From Diplonema japonicum (Eukaryota; Protista; Euglenozoa: Diplonemea), in the NCBI GenBank assembly GCA_964019335.1, contig OZ025674.1:62001-126000 (forward strand): a stretch of DNA of 64,000 nucleotides, read 5' to 3'. Position numbers and translations under genes: made by a program. Positions 22,901-34,499 of this stretch are shown here, in pieces (position 1 is the first letter of the stretch; each line of letters opens with the position of its first letter). The notes beneath the pieces are model-generated. The model saw nothing but the letters and a program-made list of their open reading frames with translations. It did not search any database and had not been told where the DNA came from.

Positions 22901-24101
22901 TATACCTGCTGCCGAGAATGTCTTCAAAGGGCTCAAGACACCCTCTGAGATCTTTATTCTGGTGTACCCTCTTATCGAAACGAGCAGCTGGGAGTCTTAC
23001 ATCACAGCTATCGGGCACTTGTTCGGGTCCTCGGGCAGTGCAGCTGGCTCCGAAGCCCGAGTCGACTCGCTGCACACGACAGAAGGCTTCCGGCTCGAGT
23101 TTGTACTGCGGGCGAACACAGGCGTGCAGTACAACAGATTCTACTACCACGAGCCAAGCTACTATGTTGCGTTGGCCCTAGCGTGCGTGGCAGGGCTGCT
23201 CTCGGGGATGCAGGTGCTGTACAGGATCATCACGGCACTGACTGAACCGAAGCACCCGCATGAGACTACCATCATCGAGCCGAATGAAGTGGGCCGCACG
23301 AAGCTTCTGCTGTGGGAGTATGAGTGGTTGAAGAGAAAAGGGACAGCAGAAGAACTGCAAGAGTTCGAAGAAAGGCTGCGCGAGTCAGGTGCACCCATAG
23401 ACGACAAGCTGAAACGAGAGAAAGGAACGGTGTTCTATCAGACGCAAAGATGGCGCAAGGTATACATCGCGCTGATGGAGGAAAGGCAGAAACTGTTCCT
23501 GAAGGAAGCGGGACTGGACGACCGACGTCTGGTGCTGCAGAAAGAAGAGGTGGACATCGACATGATGAAGGTCCACCCGAAGCATATGCTGCGTGATGCC
23601 TTCACGGGCGGGCCGTGTGAGGAGTCGGAAGCGTCGGTGCTCATCAACTTCGACATGGCGCCTGAGCCGCAAATCACAACGCTAGATAAGGTTCTTGTGT
23701 TTAAGAATGGATTAGAGTATCAGAAGGACTGCGCAGAGGTAAACCTTGCCGCCGATGAGACATTGTGCGGAAAGGAAGGGGTCATCCTGAATGCTGACAG
23801 TGAGGGGCGGCAACTCATCTTGGATGTAGGTGGTGTCATCACTTCAGTACCACTTGCGAGTGTACGGATGATGTCCTCAATGATCGACCTTAGTAGGGCC
23901 AAGATCGACAACGTGGAAGCTGACGCCGTGCGGACCTCATCCTCCACGAAGACCATCGACGCCACCACAGCAACAGACATCATGGAGACAGACACTGCCT
24001 CCACCACCACCATCTCCACAACAGGGGCCTTCAATGCGGCCTCGCAGTATGACAACAGCTCGCGCACCACCACACCCACTGAGATCATCGACTTCGAGTA
24101 A
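19926..24101 (+). CDS. Membrane protein with Kelch beta-propellers, Cys-rich (ephrin-receptor-like/GCC) repeats and about 3 TM helices
   Basis: Hydrophobic N-terminus; many FGG/YGG...D(L/V)W Kelch repeats; CAPGYY, CPVGTF and CPAGTFS repeats; hydrophobic stretches LAWLICLGIV..., LFSLIFVTVLMAFLL... and YVALALACVAGLL. Confidence 0.85.
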   Translation: MRVGILLLVSFAGARRLEQEAMDSADGAWQDIPQHGVVPEERYGMTLAAVEGGLWLYGGWNKENVMLHDVWMLNTSSLRWSKLFGSRHPLPRSGPTVWSVNSGAEIYMFGGRTETYRNDLWVYNVALQEWTEILSMSGVPRQRSGASAFLVAPDVLGIHGGRGFRGILNELWTFNITSKVWTLYDTTGPARTQHVVAFYNGTLQVLGGQGDTMVSFFNWTHKTWRHTPHHHTPRESGCYSVAGSNIYEAGGTINGELQADVLQHHTDGTTTVLSSELDAVAGASCSASDDIKTLIIFGGRIATGLHNKLTEITLSNRTVRHSPHRDLPASRALHAAVRISTDMVVFGGINSGYVLGDLWALRVMGEDKITDMLWVQIEPSGTLQPEPRFGHAAAAVGDVMLMFGGELRNGLPCAELWLLQWQSKIWTQIEATQRNWPNPRSGHVMTSDKKGILIYGGESSVGALSDVWRFNLGTSEWTRLVGNTPGVRSHGAIASTGGMYFFFSGGMDNTGTPSKEIWKAEYTETTITWLHITSLHIELGNHAMVIAGPLVNCSFPKLIIVGGQSYGELHESGSKMVTVAPDASCNAGYVSVSGEQWFSARMGHSLLYFGNKLIVYAGYGTTPLREWHHEHTLSDSAVHTLSQLCTFVSTDCWQCAPGYYHYNGTCSMCQHGQYSDHWGASNCSICPVGTFQPAKTAISNRQCTLCPAGTFSPKPGRGACEMCHPYHTCRHGATMPDVVIHDTASALEKESKQPIQGENHLHQVDLEVLNNARTLAWLICLGIVTILLAIFIVMHFSNKLHAMRKFDVLFNGQSAVKIFQYAGTIRIVNRTPLGGLFSLIFVTVLMAFLLTVTVLPYLYNNGIEVRLLPRFLAAYELSLAEETTALSMRLSCNISGNAVTLGTCAVGAQCSPELNISVEDVAGEWQTSCKEYVDTCEVTTECPECTLSTDAAEGRVKLYIEHEDVYSTEIRWQAETKSGLNNNYDSTQTGTIIPAAENVFKGLKTPSEIFILVYPLIETSSWESYITAIGHLFGSSGSAAGSEARVDSLHTTEGFRLEFVLRANTGVQYNRFYYHEPSYYVALALACVAGLLSGMQVLYRIITALTEPKHPHETTIIEPNEVGRTKLLLWEYEWLKRKGTAEELQEFEERLRESGAPIDDKLKREKGTVFYQTQRWRKVYIALMEERQKLFLKEAGLDDRRLVLQKEEVDIDMMKVHPKHMLRDAFTGGPCEESEASVLINFDMAPEPQITTLDKVLVFKNGLEYQKDCAEVNLAADETLCGKEGVILNADSEGRQLILDVGGVITSVPLASVRMMSSMIDLSRAKIDNVEADAVRTSSSTKTIDATTATDIMETDTASTTTISTTGAFNAASQYDNSSRTTTPTEIIDFE

Positions 24102-24220
24102 GGGCTTCCGCCCTTGTTATAATTCCTTTTCAGACCTCTCCTTTCAAACATCTCCTTCCCCCCCCCCCCCCCCCCCCTCCCCTTTCTTCCTTCCCACTTC
24201 ACTACAGGGTAGCTATCACA

Positions 24221-25180
24221 ATGCCGAGCAAAGCAGCAGCAAAGAGACAAAAATACACTGGCACGACTAAAGTGCGGAAGGGGAAAACCAATCTGAAAAA
24301 GAGGATCAGGGTGGTGAAGAATGACAAGCCAAAGTATCACTGGGGTGCGAAGAAGCTCACGCCGTGGGAGAAGGTGAGTGCAAAGAAGTTTAGGGAGAAG
24401 TTACCGTCAGCGGTGGTTGAGAACCCGCACAAGATCCCGAAGAGCATGAGGAGCATCATGGAGTGGCAGAGGAGGGAGAAGGTGAAGGAAGAAGCGGCAA
24501 AAGAGGCAGCGGAACAACAAGCGGCGGAGGAAGCAGAGAAGACCAAAGCAGTCGAAGAAGTGCCAACGAAGAAGAAAGTAGTTCGACGGAAGAAGCGGGC
24601 TTTGGAAGAGGCAGAGATGGCAGAAGAGGCAGAGGAGATGGCGAAGGCCGAACCTGCGGAGGCCCAAGGGAGCAACCTACGTGGGTCGTACCAGACGCTG
24701 CAGAGGAGGAAGCGTGTGAAGGCGCAGGCGCGTGCCGTGGACTCAGATGAAGATGACGAAATTGGCGACGAGGATGAGGGCAAGAACGTTACAGGCATCA
24801 GGAGTTTCTCGCAGCTGAGCAAGAACGAACCCGTTTTCGGTGAGCAGGCACAAGCACCACCCACACTGAAGCTGCCTAACGACAAGAGGTCCCTGATGCC
24901 AGACCACATCAAGAAGAGAAAGATGAGGGAACTGCTGGAGCGCGTCGCTGCGGGTGGCCCCGTCGAACTCCCAAAGCCCAGCATCAAGGAGGCCGGCAGC
25001 AGGAGTGAGTTGTCATCCTTCGAGCAGATGCAGCTCGCGGCAAGGGAGCAGTACAAGAAGTTCAAAACAAGCCAAAAGAAAAAAGAAATGCAGGTCACCC
25101 AGGAGCAGAATCTGAGCAAGGCGGCGAAGAGGAAGGCCCGCGCGTCCGACCACACGCAGGAGGTGAACGATTACGTTTGA
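24221..25180 (+). CDS. CCDC137-like basic nucleolar coiled-coil protein
   Basis: KIPKSMRSIM, FGEQAQAPPTL and QLAAREQYKKFK correspond to the three conserved CCDC137 blocks; K/R/E-rich. Confidence 0.65.
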   Translation: MPSKAAAKRQKYTGTTKVRKGKTNLKKRIRVVKNDKPKYHWGAKKLTPWEKVSAKKFREKLPSAVVENPHKIPKSMRSIMEWQRREKVKEEAAKEAAEQQAAEEAEKTKAVEEVPTKKKVVRRKKRALEEAEMAEEAEEMAKAEPAEAQGSNLRGSYQTLQRRKRVKAQARAVDSDEDDEIGDEDEGKNVTGIRSFSQLSKNEPVFGEQAQAPPTLKLPNDKRSLMPDHIKKRKMRELLERVAAGGPVELPKPSIKEAGSRSELSSFEQMQLAAREQYKKFKTSQKKKEMQVTQEQNLSKAAKRKARASDHTQEVNDYV

Positions 25181-25253
25181 GTAGTGAATATCATGTTCAT
25201 GCTGCTTGTAGCTGCAGGGCGCAACACTCACAATAGGTTCCAACACAAGCAAC

Positions 25254-25991
25254 ATGTGGGACTGGCTGTGGGGGGAGGCACGTGCGGAGGACACGTCGCA
25301 TGAGTGGGTAGAGGAAGAGAAGGTGGTCAGGCTGGACAGCAACACACCAGTGAAGGAAGGTTTCTACAGCACAGTGAAACGAGGCGACAGAGTACGATGG
25401 GTGCAGTGGCGGAGGAGGATAAAGATCACAGTGCGCGCTGACCCAGAGGAAGAAGACGTGCGCGTGCACCTCGGGGAGACTGTGGTCCGACTGCGGCTAG
25501 GGCTGCACTACTTGGAGTTCCCGTTGCTGAAGACAGCTAACGTGGAGAAGAGCCACTGGGAGAGGACAGAAGGAAAGGTTATAGTTACACTTGCAAAGGC
25601 AAAGGGGAGCTGCGATCAGTGGGACCACTTAGTTAGCCTGCCTTCGAGGCACACGAGGGCGTGGCTGGCGTATGACTGGGACGCACACACCGAAGAAGAA
25701 GACTTCGAGAAGCAGAAGATCGTTGCTAGGCAGCGTGCAATGCTAAAGCAGCACCAACAGACAGCGAAGTACATGGCTACCTTCGGTGATGTTCTTATTA
25801 AGTACGTAGGGCAGGACCACACTGTGACTGCAGTCACCCCGCCCGACGACCTCATCATGGTAGGGACCCCCGCTCCGCACAGAAAGAAGAGAAAGACCGT
25901 GCCTCCTATAGAGCGCCTTTTCTCTGTTCTCTCCGAAGCCAACATCCCCCGCCCCACCCCTACAACAGTGACGCCTTGCAATGTCCCTTGA
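25254..25991 (+). CDS. CS (p23/HSP20-like) domain co-chaperone-like protein
   Basis: RWVQ...IKITV...YLEFPLLK..NVEKSHW....KVIVTLAK....WDHL...WLAYDWD is the p23/CS pattern. Confidence 0.75.
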   Translation: MWDWLWGEARAEDTSHEWVEEEKVVRLDSNTPVKEGFYSTVKRGDRVRWVQWRRRIKITVRADPEEEDVRVHLGETVVRLRLGLHYLEFPLLKTANVEKSHWERTEGKVIVTLAKAKGSCDQWDHLVSLPSRHTRAWLAYDWDAHTEEEDFEKQKIVARQRAMLKQHQQTAKYMATFGDVLIKYVGQDHTVTAVTPPDDLIMVGTPAPHRKKRKTVPPIERLFSVLSEANIPRPTPTTVTPCNVP

Positions 25992-26386
25992 GAAGGGTGG
26001 TTTTTTTTCCTCTTCTTTTCTTCTGCTACTTTTTCTTAAGTTTTCCGTTCTTGTTGTCAGGTTTACACTCCGCCGCGCCCGTCGCGTCCCTTTTTATTTT
26101 TGTTATTGTCCACCCCCCCACCCCCCTCGAGTTACACCGGAGTAAGAAGGTGGAAAGAGAGTTGTGTTTAAGAAAGAGAGCCAAAAAAACAAGAACAAAC
26201 AACAACAACAACAACAAAGAAAGAACAACCAGCCCTACTACTACACGGAAGGTCGTATTTTTAAAGTTTTTTTTTCTTTTATATTTTTATCCACCTTATA
26301 TTTATATTATGTCGCACAGTACCAGCCACCAAGGCAGGCAGGCAGGGGGGGTAGGCGAGAGAGGAAAAAAAATGACAATAGCAGCG

Positions 26387-28453
<2,067 letters not shown>

Positions 28454-29233
28454 TAAGTGTTCAACATTTAATTTTTGTTATCCCCCCCCCCCTTTTTTTC
28501 TTTTTCACACATTTGCACTGATGCTCCCAAACACTGCTCCGTAAGAGAGGAACAAAAAAAATCCTTTGAGAATGCTCCTCCCCCCCCACCCTCTCTCCAT
28601 CTTTTTTTTATTTGAGAAATAGAATTTTTAACTGACATTTTTTTTAACTCTTTTTTTTTAAATAACGAAGAAGGGAATGAAGGGAAAAAAAGAACATTTT
28701 CTTACTCTCCATTTCTTTTTTTTCTTTTTTAACTTTCTCAAACTCTGTTGCTCCACGGAATTTGGTGTGTGGAGGGGGGGGGGGGGGGGGGAGAAAAGAA
28801 CGAGATGGAGAAACAACAAAAGAAAAAAGACAAATGGGGAGAGAGGGAGAAGAAAAAAAATGGAAAATAGTGATTTTCGGCAGCAGAATGCACAACAATG
28901 AAGAGAGAAAATAGAGAAGAAAAAACCTTGCCTCGTTGGCATGGCGTGGAATAAATACACATTTTTACTTCACCTCATACCCTTTTTTTTTTTTTTTTTT
29001 TTTTTTTCCTCTTTTTCTACAAGCGGGCGGGTAAAAGTATCACCCCTTCCTCCAAAAGGCAAGTTTAGATAGTAATCTTAAGCAAGTAAAAGCTCTTTTT
29101 TTTTGATTATTTCTTCTTTCCCCCCACTTTTTTTTTCTCCTCATTCTTCCCCACTTCACCTCGAAAATCTCACCACCCTTTGTTTCCCCTTCAAACTGTC
29201 TTCCACTTAGTGCCATTCGCCAATTAGGACAAA

Positions 29234-30676
29234 ATGAGGGTGCTCCCTGTGCTGTTCTGCCTGCTGCTCAGCAGCGAGGCGGCCTACAAAACCCCCATTA
29301 AGCATGTTGTGGTGCTGATGGAGGAGAACAGGTCGTTCGACCACATGCTTGGATGGTACAACAAGACAAAGATTGATGGTCTGACTGGTAAGGAATTCAA
29401 CCTTTTGAACCTAAGCAACCCCAATGGCCCGAGGGTCACTGTGGGGAAGACCTCTGCCTACATCGCCCCCTTTGACCCAAACCACGGTACACCTGCGACC
29501 ACCTACAAGATCTACGGCAACGGTGATGTGCCCACCATGGATGGTTTTGCTGCCTACGAGCACAACCAGATGCGTCATGCCGACCCCTCGTCCGTGCTTA
29601 ACATGTTCACCCCCGAGCGTCTCCCCATTATGTCTACGCTCGCTGAGGAGTTTGCTGTCTTCGACCGCCTGTTCTGCTCCGTCCCCGGCCCCACTACCCC
29701 CAACCGCCTCTTCCAGCTCATGGGCACCTCCCTCGGCAACACCGAAACCGGCGCCAAAGACAACACCACCACCGGCCTCTACCCTGGCAAGACCATCTTC
29801 GACTCCTTTGAAGAGGCTGGGCACGATTGGAAATTCTACTTCCAGAACTACCCGTGGGAGGCCACTGTTATCGAAAAGCTCGCCATGTCCCCCGACAACA
29901 TGAAGGATTGGGAGGCCTTCCTGAAGGACGCGAAGGAGGGTACCCTCCCCACCTTCTCGTTCTTGAACCCCAGGTGGTTTGTCACCGGCCTCATGGGCAG
30001 CAATGACCAGCACCCCGACCACGATGTGAGGATGGGCGAGTCTCTCATCAAGGAGACCTACGAGGCGCTCAGGAACGGCAAGGCGTGGAACGACACGCTC
30101 TTCGTGCTGACGTACGACGAGCACGGTGGGTTCTACGACCACGTGCCGCCTCCCACTGGTGTCCCGGCACCCGATGACTACCCGTCCTTCCCCGACAAGT
30201 TCGACTTCACCAGGCTTGGCGTGCGCATCCCTACACTGCTGATCTCACCGTGGATTAAGAAGGGGACTGTCATCCACAAGCCTGACGGACCGCAGCCCAA
30301 CTCGGAGTACGAGCTGACGTCGCTGCTGTCAACTTTGAAGAACATGTTTGAGCTGCCGGGGCCGCACCTGTCCAAGAGGTCTGCGTGGGCGGGCACTTAC
30401 GACCACTTCCTCACTGAGCTCACCACGCCCCGTACTGACTGCCCGGCAGAGCTGCCTCCCTCCCCGAAGTACTTGACGCCTCTGCAGGCTGAAATCGAGG
30501 CCTCGCTGCCTATCAACGGGCTGCAGAAGGAGATCACCGGCTTCGTGTCGAGGTTCAGGGGGGAACAGGCACCGCCCGTTCCTGCGACGCAGGGCGAGGC
30601 GTCGAAGTGGATCGACAGGATGCTCATTGAGATCATGTCGGGCAAGAACGTACTGGGGGTGAAGAAGTCCCAGTAG
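29234..30676 (+). CDS. Secreted phosphoesterase / non-specific phospholipase C
   Basis: Signal peptide; IKHVVVLMEENRSFDHMLG, SVPGPTTPNR, NDQHP, TYDEHGGFYDHVPPP and RLGVRIP. Confidence 0.93.
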   Translation: MRVLPVLFCLLLSSEAAYKTPIKHVVVLMEENRSFDHMLGWYNKTKIDGLTGKEFNLLNLSNPNGPRVTVGKTSAYIAPFDPNHGTPATTYKIYGNGDVPTMDGFAAYEHNQMRHADPSSVLNMFTPERLPIMSTLAEEFAVFDRLFCSVPGPTTPNRLFQLMGTSLGNTETGAKDNTTTGLYPGKTIFDSFEEAGHDWKFYFQNYPWEATVIEKLAMSPDNMKDWEAFLKDAKEGTLPTFSFLNPRWFVTGLMGSNDQHPDHDVRMGESLIKETYEALRNGKAWNDTLFVLTYDEHGGFYDHVPPPTGVPAPDDYPSFPDKFDFTRLGVRIPTLLISPWIKKGTVIHKPDGPQPNSEYELTSLLSTLKNMFELPGPHLSKRSAWAGTYDHFLTELTTPRTDCPAELPPSPKYLTPLQAEIEASLPINGLQKEITGFVSRFRGEQAPPVPATQGEASKWIDRMLIEIMSGKNVLGVKKSQ

Positions 30677-31227
30677 ACAGACAGTGGTGGCTAATGACGG
30701 GAAGACAGCACTGCTGTCATTCTGCGTCCTACACCGCATAATATAGCAAACTCGCTCGCGGCGAGGCCAGCAACGTTTGATCATCTGTTTTTTTCTTTTT
30801 TTTTTGTTCTTATTGTTTCTGCCCTTTCCAGTAGCACGGCCTTTAGCTGTGACACTGTGATGCCTTTTATTTTCCCTCTATTTTGTTTCCCTTCTTTCGT
30901 ATCTGACTTCTTCGTGTTCTTCTCTTCCTTCTTTGCTTTCCCCCCTTTCGTTGCATCTCACACAATAAACAAAAGGAAAAAGAAAAAAAAAGGCCATGCA
31001 CAAGACTGGCAAGTCCAGCAGCTTCCAGCGCTGGCTAAAAAAACAAAAAAGGGAAAGAAGCAAGAAGCTAGTTTTTGCGTGCTTAAACGTGTTCGTCCAC
31101 CTTTACGCCTTCATACGGTGTCACTGTTCTTCCCCTCCCCCTTCTTTTTCTTTATTCTCTTTTGCTTCGTCTTTCTCCTTTTTTTCCATCCCGCACCACC
31201 ACACAGCATTACTAATCACATATAACA

Positions 31228-33369
31228 ATGACCACCCGTATGATGAGGAGGCTAGGACACAGGGCCGCCGCGAGGCAGACGAGGGCACAGGGGTTCGGGG
31301 CTGGCTCGTTCAGGTCGGCGTTTGGGAAGAACCCTGCTACCCCCGAGAAGGCACCCTACCAGGCGGCGACCCTCAAGCTCCTTGATGAGTTTGATGCCCA
31401 GACGTGGTACAACAACCCCGTGCAGACCGTCATCAACGGCCAGGTGGTGGAGGGCGGCAGCAAGGTCGCCACCATCGACGCCTTCGGAAAGGAGAACGGT
31501 AGCATGATCCACGGTGACGGTGAGGTGCTGGCCCAGCTGAAGGCTCACCTGGCCACCATTGACACCTCGTGCCACGACTACAGGGTGGAGGCCAGGCAGA
31601 TCGAAGACAGGTTCACCTCCGTGGAGTTCGGCCCCGAGCTCATCGCCAACCAGGCGATTGACTTCTTGAAGCAGGACGGCTTCACTGAGATTGAGGAGTG
31701 GGTTCAGGCCGCCACCGTGGAGCGCAACCTCACCGACAACCTGCTCGGTGACGAGATGGCCGGCACCGTGAGCATCGGCAGGCAGCCCGCCTTCGTTGGC
31801 TGCGTCTCAAACTTCTCGAACTTCCTTGACCTCTCCAGGAAGGTCCTCAGGAACATCGAGGTGGGCATCCCCGTCGTGGTCCTGTCCAGGTCCAACACCA
31901 CCCAACACATGTACAGGTGGTTCCAGAGGCTCTCCGCCCTCATGCAGGAGCACGGAATCCCCGCCTCCATGGCCACTTACGCCTCCCTTGACGTGGAGGG
32001 TCAGAGGTCGCTCATCGCTTCCAGCGAGGGTTCCCCTATGTACTTCACCGGAAGCCGTGCCGTCGCTGCGGCCCTGAAGGAGGTCTGCCCGAACCTGTTC
32101 TCTGCCACCGTGGGTCCCAACACCATGGTGTGCACCGACCCCCTTAACGAGAACACCGAGGCTGCCGTCAGGATCTCCAGCACCATCGAGAACGCCGGGC
32201 AGTGCACGCACGTGAGGCACGTGGTGGCACCCAACGTCAGCCTTGACGACGTGTCCAAGATCTACGACAAGACCAACTTGGTGGGCTCCGTTAAGGATGC
32301 CATCATGAACGGCTTCCGTCCCGACGGCATGCTTGTTGGGCACCCTACCACCGCAGAGACCACTGAGGGTTACACCGCACACAAGACTGTACCCGCAGCC
32401 TACCGTGTGGCCACGGACTTCCCCCCTGACACCATCGACGAGAAGTGGAGGCAGGCCTTCATCGACGTCACCACCGCATCGCAGGAGGAGATTAAGAGCA
32501 AGCCCTACCTTGACGGGCTTGCCAAGTGGCTTGTGAGGAACGGTCCCATCACCCTTGCCGTCAACGGTGACATGGACGTCGCAAAGTACCTCTTCGAGAG
32601 GACATCGATGACCACCTACACTATGGGGTCGTCGGAGAAGCCCGGTCTCACGGTGTCTGCCCGCCCGCAGGAGTACGAGGCGTTCGGTGAGTTCCCCGCG
32701 AGGCCGACGTTGTCGCAGTACACGAAGTTCCCTGTGCTGGTGCCGTCGGCGACTGCCTCGTACAACACACAGTACGCTGAGGGGTACCTCAACATGAAGG
32801 CGGGGATGGCCATGCCGTCGGAGATTCTGAGCAAGGTGAAGGACGCGGCGACCAACGAGCTGACGAAGGGGTACATCGCTACGCTGTACAGCTTCCTGGT
32901 GGACGCGTGCGGGGCGAGGAGCAACACTAACCACAAGCACGCAAGGACGGCGGTTGCAGGATGGCAGAGGCCCCCCTTGGACGGGTCCCTCAGCGTGCTG
33001 AGGGTGGAGAAGGAGACGTCGCTTGACGCGCTCCTGGTGCACATGATGCCTTACGTTGCGACCAATGCTGCGGAGTGCCTGCACATCTCGTGCGACCCTG
33101 CCAACGCTGCTTGTGCCGACTTCGTGAAGGGTCTCCAGGGCGTCTCTGTGGCTGTTGAGGCCACTTTCGACGCTTCTGCCTGTGAAACCGCCCCCTACAA
33201 CGTTCAGGTGCCGGAGTACTGCGGTACCCCCGCCACCGGTGGTGCTCCCCTTGCCGGGCCCTTCATTGCCCTGCTCTTCCCTGTTGGTCACGTGAAGTGC
33301 CTTAACCCCAACGACAACGAGTTCATCGCGTTCTGGTCCAGCAGCGCCAAGTGGCTTAAGACCCTCTAG
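31228..33369 (+). CDS. Divergent aldehyde dehydrogenase-fold protein, probably mitochondrial
   Basis: Arg-rich, acid-free N-terminus; VSNF, FTGSRAVA and ENAGQC motifs; strong GC3 codon bias. Confidence 0.75.
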   Translation: MTTRMMRRLGHRAAARQTRAQGFGAGSFRSAFGKNPATPEKAPYQAATLKLLDEFDAQTWYNNPVQTVINGQVVEGGSKVATIDAFGKENGSMIHGDGEVLAQLKAHLATIDTSCHDYRVEARQIEDRFTSVEFGPELIANQAIDFLKQDGFTEIEEWVQAATVERNLTDNLLGDEMAGTVSIGRQPAFVGCVSNFSNFLDLSRKVLRNIEVGIPVVVLSRSNTTQHMYRWFQRLSALMQEHGIPASMATYASLDVEGQRSLIASSEGSPMYFTGSRAVAAALKEVCPNLFSATVGPNTMVCTDPLNENTEAAVRISSTIENAGQCTHVRHVVAPNVSLDDVSKIYDKTNLVGSVKDAIMNGFRPDGMLVGHPTTAETTEGYTAHKTVPAAYRVATDFPPDTIDEKWRQAFIDVTTASQEEIKSKPYLDGLAKWLVRNGPITLAVNGDMDVAKYLFERTSMTTYTMGSSEKPGLTVSARPQEYEAFGEFPARPTLSQYTKFPVLVPSATASYNTQYAEGYLNMKAGMAMPSEILSKVKDAATNELTKGYIATLYSFLVDACGARSNTNHKHARTAVAGWQRPPLDGSLSVLRVEKETSLDALLVHMMPYVATNAAECLHISCDPANAACADFVKGLQGVSVAVEATFDASACETAPYNVQVPEYCGTPATGGAPLAGPFIALLFPVGHVKCLNPNDNEFIAFWSSSAKWLKTL

Positions 33370-34499
33370 AAACGGGTATTTTTAAATAATGATGCGGAAA
33401 GATTCACTCTTGTTTCCCCCCCTTTTTTTTGTTTGCTGTTTTTGTTTCTTTTTTTTAAAAATTTAATTTTGTTGCCCTGAATACCTGTGTGGTTTTATTC
33501 TTCTTTTTTTTTGTTTGGAATTATTTTAGGAAGATGAAAAAAAAAAAAGAAGAAAAAGAAAAAAGAAACAAAACGATTCAGAAAAAGAATATGGGGGACC
33601 CCTAGCGTTCAGGTTGCTTTGAAAGAAGAAGAAAAACGAAACATGTTGGGGGCGAAAGAAACAACAGAAGATGGAATCGTCCGCATTTTTTTATAACCCC
33701 CCCCTCTTTTTTTTACTCATATAATTGCATTTTTCTTTTTTTTGGGGTTTTCATTCTCTTTTTTTTTGTTTCGCAATCCCTTTTGTCACGCACTTTCTTT
33801 TCCCCCTCCCCAAAAAAAAAAAAGGTCTAAGTCACCTTGGAGAATGAACATTAAGATAATCAAACGTTAAAAAAAAAAGAAAAAAAGCAAAACAAAAAAA
33901 AAAAAAAAAAAAACGTAAATATTTTTCTTAACACAAACACAAAACGAAGCAAGTAAAAAAAAAAAAAAAAAAAAAAAGAATCCCAAAGCACTACAAGCCC
34001 AAACTTTGTTGATATCAACTATGCAGACACTCCTCGTGGTATGATATTCAGCAGAAGTTCGTCCTTTTTTTTTTCTTTTTCTTTTTTTTTTCTTCTCATT
34101 TTTTCCCCCCCCCTCTCCTTCTTTATATTTTTTTTGTCACAAATGAAAAATAATTCGGTGGTCATGGGTGCTAATAACTTTCTCCCAACATTTCCTTTTT
34201 TGTCTGAAATTTGAGAAATTTCCCCCTCCCCGGATAGGATAGCAAAAAAAAAGACTGGAAACACTATCGCATTGAAGAAAAAAAAAAAGAAGGGTTCATG
34301 CACCCATGGTCAGGATCACGGTGTCTATAGTTTTAGTGGCAGTGTGTCTTTTTTTTTTTCTTTTCGCCGTCCCAGTCTCCTTTCCCCACCTCCTCCTCTC
34401 TTGTTTTGTTTCCATTTATTTTATCTTCTGTTTTCCTTTTTTTTTTCTTTCGCATCTTTCTTCCCAGCCTCCACCTCACCACCGCCAGGCATCGATTAG

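Noticed and set aside
31807-33291. Long minus-strand ORF (494 aa), and similar antisense ORFs at 59034-60290, 60963-61907, 29411-30142 and 24337-25155
   Set aside because: Antisense shadows of GC3-biased + strand genes, with no recognisable motifs.
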